A stretch of 64,000 nt of DNA from Alphaproteobacteria bacterium. Its GTDB lineage: Bacteria; Pseudomonadota; Alphaproteobacteria; MPNO01. The stretch lies in assembly GCA_964291675.2 (NCBI GenBank), contig OZ219865.1:544001-608000 (forward strand), in the 5' to 3' direction. Positions 50,482 to 60,290 of the stretch are shown here, piece after piece. How positions within the stretch are numbered: position 1 is the stretch's first letter; each line of letters starts with the position of its first letter. A program made the position numbers and the translations under genes. The notes beneath the pieces are model-generated. The model had not been told where the DNA came from, made no database searches, and worked only from the letters and a program-made list of their open reading frames with translations.

Positions 50482-51245
50482 GCGACGGCGATGCCACCCC
50501 CCTGTCAAACTGGCTGTGTGCCGAGGCCGACCGGCTGAGGGACCGCGCGCGGGAACGGCGAAAGGACATCATCGCGGACGGGCGGGCGCTGCTGGCCGCG
50601 AAGGACGAATGCAGGCACGGCGAGTGGCTTCCGTTCCTCTCGCGCGCCGGCATCGGCGAGCGCATGGCGCAAGAGCTCATGAAGATCGTCCGGGCTATCG
50701 ACGCGGGCGAAATCGAATCCGCAACGGTTGCGGATTTGGGCATCCGCGCTGCGCTCCAACAGCTACGCGGGCCGAAGGTGGTCCGCATTGCATCGCCGGC
50801 AGAATTGCACACGTTGCAGGACACGGCGAACGCCACCGGCGATCCGATAGTCGCGGAGCTATGGGGCAAACGGGTTTCGCTCAAACCCATCTCGCCGGAG
50901 GCGTCCCGCAATCGGGGCAAGATGTTCATCGGCTGCGCATGGCGGCTTGGGAGAGCGATAGAACGAAACCGCCCCGACCTGGCCGAGCTCGGCAAGCGGC
51001 TGCGGTCATCGTTCGAGGTGATCCACAAGGCGAAAATCAGGACGCTTGAAGAGGGCGCGGAAAAGGCCGCCGCCTTCTATCTCCGCTATCCAGCCGGGCC
51101 GCCCGACGTAGACGCCGAGCATGAGGCCGGGGCGGTTTTGGAGGCGCATGACGTGCCGGAATGGACCACCGCCTTGCTTCTAAGCTGCTGGACGCCGGGC
51201 CACCTTCCCGAGGCGTTCTGGAGCGACTTCAACGAGAGGGGCTGA
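50478..51245 (+). CDS. DUF3102-domain protein
   Basis: GRALLAAKDECRHGEWLPFL....IGERMAQELMKI fits the DUF3102 consensus (G..L..AK....HGEW..W.......R.A..LM). Confidence 0.72.
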   Translation: MSDGDATPLSNWLCAEADRLRDRARERRKDIIADGRALLAAKDECRHGEWLPFLSRAGIGERMAQELMKIVRAIDAGEIESATVADLGIRAALQQLRGPKVVRIASPAELHTLQDTANATGDPIVAELWGKRVSLKPISPEASRNRGKMFIGCAWRLGRAIERNRPDLAELGKRLRSSFEVIHKAKIRTLEEGAEKAAAFYLRYPAGPPDVDAEHEAGAVLEAHDVPEWTTALLLSCWTPGHLPEAFWSDFNERG

Positions 51246-51330
51246 GGGCGCCGGCAGGATTGACACGCCGCGCGGGGCTCGGATGGTGGAGGCGCGAGCT
51301 ATTTGGAACCAATCGAAAGGAGATCGATCC

Positions 51331-51486
51331 ATGGATTATCGCCGAGAATTGCAGAAAATAATCCAATCTGAAGACGAATTGCGAGAGGACTACGTGATTG
51401 CCGTCGCTGCGCTGGCCTTGTTGGAAAAGATGGACGATTTGCACTCAGGTCTTTCGGACATCGACCTGACCATGACGATGAAGTAA
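51331..51486 (+). CDS. Small hypothetical protein (51 aa), lower GC
   Basis: AAGGAG RBS upstream of ATG 51331. Confidence 0.5.
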   Translation: MDYRRELQKIIQSEDELREDYVIAVAALALLEKMDDLHSGLSDIDLTMTMK

Positions 51487-51780
51487 TTCCCCTGCACCGC
51501 TCGGGCGAGCATCGAGCATTTCCGAACGACGAGGGCCGGCAGCGGGGGTGACCTACTGCCGGCCCTCTCCCGAACGAGGAAACCACCGGTTGACGAGACC
51601 GGCGTGCGAACCCTGCCACGGACACACGCCCCTCGCAACAGGATATTGCGCAAAAGGTACTGTGACGGGCGGAATCGGGCGCGGTTGGGGGGCATCATCG
51701 CAATCTTTTCCGATTTCCGGGGCGCCTGGCGCAACAAACGGTTTGACCGCTAGGCCATTCCGCGCCACCTTGTTCTCACG

Positions 51781-53016
51781 ATGTTCGAGCGAATCCGGCA
51801 TGCCTTCCGGGGCGAATCGAGGTCATCCGAGCTTGACGTGGGGGCGCTCTATCAAGCCGCGTTCCAGTTCGAGGGCGGGAGCTATAGCTGGGCGCGCTCC
51901 CCGGCCCTTCTGGTCAGCTCCCTGTCCCTCCCGGACGCCGCCGGCGACAGTACGGGCGTACTGCTGACCGAAAGCCGGCGCCTGGGGCGCACGTCGCCGC
52001 TGTTGATCGCCTATAGGGGCGTCATGGAGACCGGCATCCTGACGGGCGAGCCGGAGGCGCCGGAGTTCCCCGACACCGTGCCGGAGAACGTCGCCGCCGC
52101 CGTGGCCGACCTGTGGCTCGACACCCACGACTGCGACCGCGAGCGCGACCTACTCGATAGGGTCATCGTCGACGGCGAGTTCCTGATTCTCGAGACCGGG
52201 GAAGTCGTGCCGCCGGACGGGTTCGAGCCGATCATGGCCGGGGCGAAATGGAATCCCACCGTGACAGGCTACCGAGTCGGCAAGTCGAGCCGCGCCCGCA
52301 TGGTCGGCGTCCGGCATGTCGGCGACCGCCCGATGGGCGCCGCCCGGGCTCTGCCGTGGCTGGCGCCCGCGCTCCCGCCCGCCGCCGGGCTGTTGAACGC
52401 GCGGACGGGCGCCGGGCATGCGCTCGGCATCATGGCGAAGATCGCCGCCGTGATCGCCAACGCCTCCCCGGATCGCCAGACCGCAGCCGCCGGGCATCGG
52501 TCGGGCGTAGTCGGCGCCGACCGGAACGAGCTGCCGCGCCAACCGATAACGACCGTGGGCGTGGGCGCCGTGCCGTTCCTGAAGATGGGCGAGGCGGTCG
52601 ACCGCGTTGAGGCCGGGCCGGATGAGACCGCCCGTAAGTACGAGGGGCAGCTCGAACGAGATGTCGCGTCGGCGCTCCACCTTCCCCTGTCCGAGCTTCT
52701 GAGCGACTACAGCACCGGCTCATTCAGCAACCTGCGCATGGCATGGGCGGACGGCGTGGCGGAGAAGCGGCGCCGCCGCGCATGGTGGCACCGCCACTAT
52801 CGGCGCCCGGCCTATCTGGACGTGCTGTCCACCGCCTTCGCGGCGGGGCGCCTCCCCCGCATGAGCATGGCCGTCATGGCCGCGCTCAAGCGCCCGTCAT
52901 GGCCGGGGCCGACCCCCATCGCACCCGAACCCCTCAAGCAAGCGCTCACCCTGTCGGAGCTTGTCGAGGCGGGAATCATCGACCCCGCCGCAGCGGCGGC
53001 ACAATTGGAGCAATGA
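51781..53016 (+). CDS. Phage portal protein (lambda-family-like, divergent)
   Basis: LSELLSDYSTGSFSNLRMA resembles the lambda-type portal motif (YxxLxxDYSxxxYSSxR); RGxPWL-like ARALPWLAP; first gene of the head module. Confidence 0.7.
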   Translation: MFERIRHAFRGESRSSELDVGALYQAAFQFEGGSYSWARSPALLVSSLSLPDAAGDSTGVLLTESRRLGRTSPLLIAYRGVMETGILTGEPEAPEFPDTVPENVAAAVADLWLDTHDCDRERDLLDRVIVDGEFLILETGEVVPPDGFEPIMAGAKWNPTVTGYRVGKSSRARMVGVRHVGDRPMGAARALPWLAPALPPAAGLLNARTGAGHALGIMAKIAAVIANASPDRQTAAAGHRSGVVGADRNELPRQPITTVGVGAVPFLKMGEAVDRVEAGPDETARKYEGQLERDVASALHLPLSELLSDYSTGSFSNLRMAWADGVAEKRRRRAWWHRHYRRPAYLDVLSTAFAAGRLPRMSMAVMAALKRPSWPGPTPIAPEPLKQALTLSELVEAGIIDPAAAAAQLEQ

Positions 53017-53020
53017 GACG

Positions 53021-54259
53021 ATGAAGAAATCGGTACAGCTTGCCGTCCGGGCATCCGAAATCCGGTCGGAGATCAACGGGCTCGATCCGGGCGAGGCGAC
53101 CCTGGAGAAGCGCCGCGAGCTTCTGGAACAGCTCAACACCGTCGAGTCGGAGTACCGCGCCGCGCTCACCACCGAGGCCGAGACGGACGCGGCGGCGCCG
53201 GACGCGAACGGGCTGACCGCCGAGGAACGCGAGTTCCGCGCGCTCGAAAGCCGGGCCGAGCTTCGCACCGCGTTCCGCGCGGTCATGTCGGACGCCCCGC
53301 TGGCGGGCGCCGAGAAGGAGTTGCAGGAGCATCGCGGGCTCTCCGGTCACGCGCTCCCCTGGGACCTGATCGCGCCGCGCGCCCGCACCGAGGAACGGGT
53401 GGACGCCGTGTCGGCGGCGCCGTCCGACTCCCATCTGCAGCAGCACCCCATCCTCGCCCGCGTGTTCGCCCGGTCGGCGACCGCGACGCTGGGGGTGGCG
53501 ATGCCGATGGTGCCGGTCGGGGAACAGAACTACCCCGTCATCACGACCACCGATAAGGCGGTCATCCTCGCCAAGGACGCGGCCGAGGGCGACACGGCGG
53601 ACGCCGGTATCACGGCGCACACCATCGCCCCGACCCGGTTGCAGCGCTCCTACCTGTTCCGCCGCGAGGACCAAGCGGTTCTGAGCGGGCTCGAGGAGGC
53701 GCTGAGGGCCGACCTGTCGGGCGCCGTGTCCGACCTGCTGGACGCTCAGGTTCTCGCGGGCGACGGCAGCGCGCCCAATTTCGGCGGCTTCCTCGCCACC
53801 GCCGCGAACGGCGGGCTCACGGATCGCAGCGACACGCCCGCCCGCGTGACGTTCGCGCTGGCGGCCGGCGAGGCCGCGCGGGGCATCGACGGGCTCTATG
53901 CCGGCGGGCTCGGCGAGTGCGCCATCGTGATCGGCGACGACACCGCGCGCGATCTGGCGAGCAAGTTCACCACCAACGGCGAGGAGTCGGCGCTCGCGTA
54001 CATGAGCCGCACGACCGCCCGCGCGATGGCGAGTGCGAACGTCCCCGCCGTCGCGTCCAATTTCCAAGAGGGCATTCTTGCCCGCATGGGCGCCGCCGGC
54101 ATGAATTCGGTCTGCCCGGTCTGGGATGGCATGTTCGCGATCCGCGACGAAATCAGCGGGCGCAAGTCGGGGCAAATCAGCATCACCATCGGCATGCTCT
54201 GCGGCTTCGACATCCTGCGTGCGGGCGGCTACGACCGGCTGAAATTCCGAGTCGCCTGA
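53021..54259 (+). CDS. Major capsid protein (HK97-like, N-terminal coiled-coil scaffold/delta region)
   Basis: 412 aa; charged helical N-terminus; capsid-like YPVITT...AEG, LEEALRADLSGAVSDLLDAQVLAGDGSAPNFGG, IRDEISGRKSGQISIT. Confidence 0.78.
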   Translation: MKKSVQLAVRASEIRSEINGLDPGEATLEKRRELLEQLNTVESEYRAALTTEAETDAAAPDANGLTAEEREFRALESRAELRTAFRAVMSDAPLAGAEKELQEHRGLSGHALPWDLIAPRARTEERVDAVSAAPSDSHLQQHPILARVFARSATATLGVAMPMVPVGEQNYPVITTTDKAVILAKDAAEGDTADAGITAHTIAPTRLQRSYLFRREDQAVLSGLEEALRADLSGAVSDLLDAQVLAGDGSAPNFGGFLATAANGGLTDRSDTPARVTFALAAGEAARGIDGLYAGGLGECAIVIGDDTARDLASKFTTNGEESALAYMSRTTARAMASANVPAVASNFQEGILARMGAAGMNSVCPVWDGMFAIRDEISGRKSGQISITIGMLCGFDILRAGGYDRLKFRVA

Positions 54260-54753
54260 TGGCTGTCGAGTACCGATTCGCCGCGCTGGAGTTCCGCAGC
54301 GACGGCGCCGTGATCGAGGGCGTCGCCATGCGTTACGGCGACGTGGCGCGCATCTATGGCGCCTTCGACGAATCGGTTGAGGCCGGCGCGTTCCGGTTCG
54401 ATGACGTGATCCTGAACCGGATGCACCAGCGCGCCGACCCCATCGCCCGGACGGGCGGCGGCGGGCTCGAATTGTCGGACTCGTCCGTGCGCCTCGCCGT
54501 GCGGGCGGACGTGCCGGAGTATCGGGCGGACGTTCGCGACATGGTGAAGCGCGGCATCCTCCGGGGGTTCTCTGTCGAGATGGACGTGACCGCCGAGGAA
54601 TGGCCGTCGCCGTCGCGCCGGATCATCCGCGCCGCAACGCTGTCGGGCATCGGACTCGTCGACCGCCCGGCCTATGGAGACGCGACCGCCGAGATTGCCA
54701 AGAGGGCGAAGGAATGCCGGACGGCAACGCGGTTCCTGCCCCTAGCGGTCTGA
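54259..54753 (+). CDS. HK97-family prohead protease
   Basis: IEGVAMRYG, FDESVEAGAF, LNRMH, VKRGILRGFSVEM, IGLVDRPAY. Confidence 0.88.
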   Translation: MAVEYRFAALEFRSDGAVIEGVAMRYGDVARIYGAFDESVEAGAFRFDDVILNRMHQRADPIARTGGGGLELSDSSVRLAVRADVPEYRADVRDMVKRGILRGFSVEMDVTAEEWPSPSRRIIRAATLSGIGLVDRPAYGDATAEIAKRAKECRTATRFLPLAV

Positions 54754-56576
54754 GGCGCTGGGCCGAGCGCAACGTCGTCGTCGGCGACGGGCCGCTTGCC
54801 GGCTCGCCCTACCGGGCAGGCGGCGGCGGACAGGGGCGCCCGCCAGTGCCGGCATGGGGCGAGGTGATCGACGCGTGCGACGACCCAGATCTAGAGCAAG
54901 TCACGATCCGGGGCAGCGTACAGAGCGGCAAGACCGCCGGGCTGATCGTGGCCGCGCTGGGCCATATGGCCGCCGGGCGCTCCGTGCTGATCTTCGAGCC
55001 CGACGACAGGCTCAAGCGCACCCTCGCCGCGCGCATTGTCGCGTGGGGGCGCCTCTGTAGGGACGAGGCTATCCGGGAGGCGTACGAACCCGCCCGGCCC
55101 CCTCACGCGCGCTCAGTGGCCGGCGGAGGGCGCCTGGAGGTGGTTTCCGCGCGAGAGGGCGGCGCCGGTCTCATGCGCACCGCCGAGATAGTCATCGTCG
55201 ACGAGCTGCGGGTGTTCCACCGCGACATGCTCGGCGAGCTGGTCGACCGCATGGCCGCCTATGGCGGCGCCGGCAGGCTTATCACCGCATCGTCGGCGGG
55301 GTACGAAGACGAGTGCCGAACGACCGTCGAGCTGGACAAGTCCGACGCCCGGCGATGGTTCCTGCGATGCCCCTCCTGCGGGCAGCAGAACATCGCTCAG
55401 TGGTCCAACGTGATCTACAAGGGCCGGGCGTCCCCGATCTACTGCATGCCCTGCTGCGGCGCCGCGCTCTCGTCAATCGAGTTCCGCCACGCAGTAGTGG
55501 CCGGCGAGTGGCGCCCGACGAAGGAGGAGTCCGTGCCTGGCACCCGGGGCTATCATCTGGACGCCTTCCTGAGCCCGTTCGAGTCCCTGCCGACCATCGT
55601 GCGCCAGTGGAAGCGCGCGGACGCCCACCGCAAGCAGACCGGCTCCATGGCCGACGTGATCAGCTTCCAATGCGGAAGGCTCGCGCTCCCGTACAAGCCC
55701 GAGGCCGCGCAAGGGGTAACGCCCGAGGCGCTGGCGACCGCGTGCCGCGAGGACTACGACCCCGACATCGTGCCGGCGGGCGCGTCCCTGCTGATAGGCG
55801 CCGTCGACGTGCAGGACAACCGCCTGGAGGCCGAGATAACCGCCTGGGGCGTTGTCGAGGTCGCCGCGCCGCAGGACGCGAGCGAAGTGAAGGGCTGGGG
55901 CTCGCACGAATTTCGCGGCCTCGCCCATGACGGGCGCTGGTATCGCCTGCGGCGATGGGCGATGGAGTACCGCCGCCTGTACGGCGACCCCGGCAACGCC
56001 GACGTGTGGGAGGCCCTGGCCGAGTTCATGGAGACGCCGCGCCCGCACGCGACCGGCGCCATGCTCCGCCCGGTCACGGTCGGCGTCGATATCGGCGGAC
56101 ACTACGGGCAGCAGGTTGCCGATTTCGTCCGCGTCCGTGGCGAGGGCTATCAGTGCCTGAAGGGCATTCCGGCCGGGCGGATCGGCGCGATGCTCGCGCG
56201 GCGATCGGTCACGGCGGACAGTCTCGACACCTACGGGCCGGCGGGGCTGATGCTGGTAGGGCCGGACTCCGGCAAGGCGACCGCCTTCAGCCTCATGCGC
56301 CAGAGCATCGCGGGCGCCGAGCCGCGCCCGATGGTCTGGCCGATGGAGGAGTCGCGCTACGGCCCTCAAGAGTTCGAGTCCATCGTGTCCGAGACCCTGG
56401 TGCGCGCGCTCGACAAGAGGACGGGGAGGACCACGCTGATGTGGAGGAAGATCGCCCGCGAGAACGAGGGACTGGACCTGATGGTGTACAGCTTGGCCAT
56501 AGCCTCCCACCTGGGGGTCGGGCTCATGCTGCACGAAGCCGCGACCATCGCCGCCGCCGAGAGGATCGCCGCATGA
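54714..56576 (+). CDS. Terminase large subunit, lambda GpA family
   Basis: RWAERNV, Walker A GSVQSGKT, Walker B IVIVDE, CPSCG...PCCG Zn motif, GEWRP, nuclease GAVDVQDNRLE, VDIGG, RENEGLDLMVY. Confidence 0.88.
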   Translation: MPDGNAVPAPSGLRRWAERNVVVGDGPLAGSPYRAGGGGQGRPPVPAWGEVIDACDDPDLEQVTIRGSVQSGKTAGLIVAALGHMAAGRSVLIFEPDDRLKRTLAARIVAWGRLCRDEAIREAYEPARPPHARSVAGGGRLEVVSAREGGAGLMRTAEIVIVDELRVFHRDMLGELVDRMAAYGGAGRLITASSAGYEDECRTTVELDKSDARRWFLRCPSCGQQNIAQWSNVIYKGRASPIYCMPCCGAALSSIEFRHAVVAGEWRPTKEESVPGTRGYHLDAFLSPFESLPTIVRQWKRADAHRKQTGSMADVISFQCGRLALPYKPEAAQGVTPEALATACREDYDPDIVPAGASLLIGAVDVQDNRLEAEITAWGVVEVAAPQDASEVKGWGSHEFRGLAHDGRWYRLRRWAMEYRRLYGDPGNADVWEALAEFMETPRPHATGAMLRPVTVGVDIGGHYGQQVADFVRVRGEGYQCLKGIPAGRIGAMLARRSVTADSLDTYGPAGLMLVGPDSGKATAFSLMRQSIAGAEPRPMVWPMEESRYGPQEFESIVSETLVRALDKRTGRTTLMWRKIARENEGLDLMVYSLAIASHLGVGLMLHEAATIAAAERIAA

Positions 56577-57142
56577 ACGTCTATCGCCACATGATCGACT
56601 ACGGCGAGTCCCTCCGATGGGAGCCGCCCGCCGGGACCGGCAAGTTCTTCGTGTGGCGCAAGATCGGCGAGGTCGGCGCCGCCATGCGCTGGCGCCGTGT
56701 CGGCGGCCATGACGTGGCCGGCGGCACCGAGATCACCGTGCCGGAAGGGACGTTCGCGGTTCCCGCCGCGCAGGTCGCCCTCGCCTGGGGCGACGTGCTG
56801 GCGCTGTTCGATGGGTTCGACCCGGAAGTGATCCAGGTCACGGCGCACGGCGACGGCGAGGCGCTGATACGGCGCGACACCTACACCCTCCCGCCGCCGA
56901 CCAGTATCGACGCGGACACCATCGCCGCCCAAGAGCGCCGGCTACTGAAAGCCCTGCTCGACCAACGCGCCGCCGTGGCGGACGTGTCGGGCATGGTGAA
57001 GGTCACGGACCCGAGCGGCACCGCCGTCGAATACCAGAACCTTGCCGCGCTCGACCGGCGAGTCGCCGAGGTCCGGGCGCGCATCGCGTGGTTCGAGCAG
57101 GCGGCGGCGGGGAACGTGCTTCCGCGCGCCGAATTCTGGTAG
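56573..57142 (+). CDS. Putative head-completion protein with gpW-like C-terminus
   Basis: C-terminal KVTDPSGTAVEYQNLAALDRRVAEVRARI resembles gpW-like head-tail joining proteins; ATGA-coupled to the terminase. Confidence 0.55.
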   Translation: MNVYRHMIDYGESLRWEPPAGTGKFFVWRKIGEVGAAMRWRRVGGHDVAGGTEITVPEGTFAVPAAQVALAWGDVLALFDGFDPEVIQVTAHGDGEALIRRDTYTLPPPTSIDADTIAAQERRLLKALLDQRAAVADVSGMVKVTDPSGTAVEYQNLAALDRRVAEVRARIAWFEQAAAGNVLPRAEFW

Positions 57143-57169
57143 GGCGCCGCGTGCTGCTACACTGGCCGC

Positions 57170-57391
57170 ATGTCGATGTTGAAGGAATTCGGCGACATGC
57201 TCGACGGTAAGGGGCCTGGCCCTGTGTCGACTTGGGCTGCTCGGCTGTTTCTGCTGTGGCTGACAGTCATGCTCTTCTGCATCGGCGTCCTCATGATTGA
57301 CCTGGTGAAAGACGTGTGGCTGGGCGGCGACGAGGACGTGCTGCGGCAAATCCTCGACATCCTCGACGAGCGCCTTCCGCCGCCCCGCTGA
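57170..57391 (+). CDS. Small single-TM hypothetical protein
   Basis: WAARLFLLWLTVMLFCIGVLMIDLV hydrophobic segment; last ORF before att. Confidence 0.5.
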   Translation: MSMLKEFGDMLDGKGPGPVSTWAARLFLLWLTVMLFCIGVLMIDLVKDVWLGGDEDVLRQILDILDERLPPPR

Positions 57392-57457
57392 GGCGACATA
57401 TTGGCAACATGCCGCCGCCGCCGTGTCGCCTGATTTCGCCTAACCCCTTGAAAAGAT

Positions 57458-57533
57458 TGGTGCGCGCACCAGGACTCGAACCTGGGACCCACTGATTAAA
57501 AGTCAGTTGCTCTACCACCTGAGCTATGCGCGC
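57458..57533 (-). tRNA. tRNA-Lys(UUU), integration target
   Basis: Reverse complement GCGCGCATAGCTCAGGTGGTAGAGCAACTGACTTTTAATCAGTGGGTCCCAGGTTCGAGTCCTGGTGCGCGCACCA; 76 nt. Confidence 0.97.
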
Positions 57534-57579
57534 ACCGGTACCGGCGTCGGGGACGCGGCGGGAAGGTATGGGGCCTCGG

Positions 57580-58806
57580 TTACAGGGTCAAGCGAGGCCG
57601 CAGCGTCGTCGTCACCCTTACTTCCCCGTGCAGGGTCCTGTGGACCGGGCATTTGTCGGCTATTTCCAGCAGCCTGGCGCGCTGTTCCTCAGCCAGCGGT
57701 CCAACCAGCTCGATCTCGCGCTCGAAGGAGTCGACCTTGCCGTCCACGGTCTCGCACTCGGCGCAGTCGGCGGCGTGGATCTTCTGCTGGCGCACGGTGA
57801 CGGCGGCGCGTTCCAGCGGCCATTGCTTGCGCGCGGCGTAAATGCGGAGCGTCATCGTGGTGCAGGTGCCGAGCGCCGATGACAGCAGCTGGTAGGGCGT
57901 GGGCCCCCGGTCGAGCCCGCCCACCGACGCCGGCTCGTCGGCCCGGAGCCGGTGTTCGCCTGCCGCGATGTCCTGGCCGAACGGGCCGATCCCGTTTTCC
58001 GCCACCACCACCGCGCCGGCCTCGGCTTCCGCCTCCGAGGCGCGCTTGGGCAGCAGGAAGCGGCTCGCCCAGGCGGCCATCATTTCGGCGGCATAGACCG
58101 CGTCCTCGCGCCGCGTCAGCAGGTGGTCCGCGCTGTCGAGCGAGATGAAGCTCTTCGGGTGCCTGGCTGCCCGAAAAATCTCGGCCGCGTTGTCGATCCC
58201 GACCGTCCGGTCGAGCGGCGCGTGCATGACCAGGAGCGCCTTGCGCAGCGCCGCCACATTCTCGCGCAGGCGCTGGCCCCGGATGTCGTCGAGAAACTGC
58301 TTGCGGATGCGGAACGGGCGCCCGGCGATCCTGACATCGGCCTCGCCCTCGCACTCGATGGCGGCGATCTCGTCCTGGAACAGATGGGCGACATGGCCCG
58401 GGTCGCTCGGCGCGCCGATGGTCACCACGCCCGCCGCCTCCTCCACCGCGCCGGCGGCGGCCAGCACGGCGGCCCCGCCGAGGCTGTGGCCGATCAGGAT
58501 CGACGGCGCCTCGCGCTCGGCGCGCAGCCAGTCCGCCGCGGCGACCAGATCCCCGACATTGGACGAGAAGTTCGTGTTGGCGAAGTCGCCGCCGCTCGCG
58601 CCGAGCCCGGTGAAGTCGAAGCGGAGCGTGGCGATCCCGTTCGAGGCGAGCGCGGCCGCGATTCGCGAGGCGGCAAAAATGTCCTTCGAGCAGGTGAAGC
58701 AATGCGCGAACAGGGCGTAGGCGCGGATCTCCCCCGCCGGGCTCTCGAGCCGGGCCGCGAGCACATCCCCGCCCGCCCCGGTAAAGGTCGCTTTCTCCGA
58801 TTTCAT
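57580..58806 (-). CDS. Bifunctional alpha/beta hydrolase / OsmC family protein
   Basis: [33 protein letters not shown]...[21 protein letters not shown]. Confidence 0.92.
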   Translation of the reverse strand: MKSEKATFTGAGGDVLAARLESPAGEIRAYALFAHCFTCSKDIFAASRIAAALASNGIATLRFDFTGLGASGGDFANTNFSSNVGDLVAAADWLRAEREAPSILIGHSLGGAAVLAAAGAVEEAAGVVTIGAPSDPGHVAHLFQDEIAAIECEGEADVRIAGRPFRIRKQFLDDIRGQRLRENVAALRKALLVMHAPLDRTVGIDNAAEIFRAARHPKSFISLDSADHLLTRREDAVYAAEMMAAWASRFLLPKRASEAEAEAGAVVVAENGIGPFGQDIAAGEHRLRADEPASVGGLDRGPTPYQLLSSALGTCTTMTLRIYAARKQWPLERAAVTVRQQKIHAADCAECETVDGKVDSFEREIELVGPLAEEQRARLLEIADKCPVHRTLHGEVRVTTTLRPRLTL

Positions 58807-58931
58807 CGGCTCCGCCTTCTCGGTCGCGGCGGAACTTACCACCCGCGGCCCGTCCCGCCACCCCCGCGCACTTGGCCGCAACCGCCCGGTATGGTCAGAT
58901 CCGGCGCCGCAGAAATCGAGGGGATGCCGCG

Positions 58932-60290
58932 ATGCTCGGGACCAGACCGCTCGCCGGACTCGCCGAAGACCTCGCCACCGGGCGGACGACGAGCCGCGAC
59001 CTGGTGGAACGGGCGCTGGCCGCCATCGAGGCGCCCGAGGGGGAAGGCAGGCGGGCCTTCGTCTTTCTCGACGCCGAACGCGCCCGCGCCGAGGCGGATG
59101 CGAGCGACGCGCTGCGCAGGGCGGGCGTGGTCCCCTCCCCTCTCGCCGGCCTGCCGGTCTCGATGAAGGACCTGTTCGACGTGGCGGGCGAGGTCACCAC
59201 CGCGGCCTCGCCGACGCTTGCCGACGAGCCGCCGGCCGAGCGCGATTCGACCGTCGTCGCCAGGCTGCGGGCGGCAGGCGCCATCGTGCTCGGGCGCACC
59301 AACCTCACCGAGCTCGCCTATTCGGGGATCGGCATCAACCCGCATTTCGGCACGCCCGCGAACCCGTGGGACCGCGCGCGCGGGCGCATACCGGGGGGAT
59401 CGTCCTCGGGCGCCGCGGTCTCGGTCGCCGACGGCATGGCCGCCGCCGCCATCGGCAGCGATACCGGCGGCTCGGTGCGCATCCCGGCGGCGCTGTGCGG
59501 CGTCACCGGCTTCAAGACGACGACGGGACGGATTCCGCTCGACGGCGTGTTCCCGCTGTCGAACACGCTCGATTCGGCGGGGCCGCTCGCGCCCACCGTC
59601 GCCTGCTGCGCCCTGCTCGACGCGGCGATGGCGGGCGGCGACGTGTGGGCCCGCCCGGAGCCCCTGCCGCTCCGGGGTCTCCGCTTCGGGGTGCCGACGA
59701 CGATCGTCCAGGACGGCATGGACGAATCGGTCGGCGCGGCTTTCGGAGCGGCGCTCGACCGGCTGTCGGAAGCCGGCGCGCTGCTCACCGACATCGTCTT
59801 CGAGCCGTTCGCCCGGATTGCCGAGGTCAGCGCAGCGGGCGGCATCCTCGGCGCCGAAGCATGGGCGCTGCACCGCGGGCGGCTGGCGGCGAAGGGAAAC
59901 ATGGTCGATCCAAGAGTACGCGCGCGGATCGAGCGCGGCGCCAACATCTCGGGGGCCGACCTGCTCGACACGATCCGCGCCCGGGCGGACATCCGGGCGC
60001 GGGCGGACGCGATAGGCGCCGGCTACGACGCGCTGCTGATGCCGACGGTCGCCATCGTCGCCCCGCCGATCGACGACATCGTGGCGAGCGACGAGCTGTA
60101 CTGGGAGATGAACCCGTTCATTCTGCGCAACACCACCTTCGGCAACTTCCTCGACCGCTGCGCCCTGTCGATCCCGATCCACGAGCCGGGCAAGGCGCCG
60201 GCCGGGCTGATGGTGGTGGACGATACCGGCGCCGACGCCCACCTGATCCAAGTCGGCCTCGCGGTGGAGCAGGCCGTACGGCGGTTCTAA
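58932..60290 (+). CDS. Amidase (amidase-signature family)
   Basis: SMKDLFDV, GRTNLTELAYSG, PGGSSSGAAVSVA, IGSDTGGSVRIPAA. Confidence 0.93.
   Translation: MLGTRPLAGLAEDLATGRTTSRDLVERALAAIEAPEGEGRRAFVFLDAERARAEADASDALRRAGVVPSPLAGLPVSMKDLFDVAGEVTTAASPTLADEPPAERDSTVVARLRAAGAIVLGRTNLTELAYSGIGINPHFGTPANPWDRARGRIPGGSSSGAAVSVADGMAAAAIGSDTGGSVRIPAALCGVTGFKTTTGRIPLDGVFPLSNTLDSAGPLAPTVACCALLDAAMAGGDVWARPEPLPLRGLRFGVPTTIVQDGMDESVGAAFGAALDRLSEAGALLTDIVFEPFARIAEVSAAGGILGAEAWALHRGRLAAKGNMVDPRVRARIERGANISGADLLDTIRARADIRARADAIGAGYDALLMPTVAIVAPPIDDIVASDELYWEMNPFILRNTTFGNFLDRCALSIPIHEPGKAPAGLMVVDDTGADAHLIQVGLAVEQAVRRF

Larger units (their letters stand above)
47334..57502 (+). mobile_element. ~10.1-kb tRNA-Lys-integrated phage satellite-like element (head-forming, tail-less)
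   Basis: Bounded by 46-bp direct repeats; contains integrase, excisionase-like HTH, rep with iterons, portal, capsid, protease, terminase and gpW-like genes; no tail or lysis genes recognised. Confidence 0.88.

Noticed and set aside
47334-57502. Gene transfer agent or complete prophage
   Set aside because: It has an integrase, att sites and a rep gene (unlike a GTA), and lacks tail, tape-measure and lysis genes within intact boundaries (unlike a full prophage).
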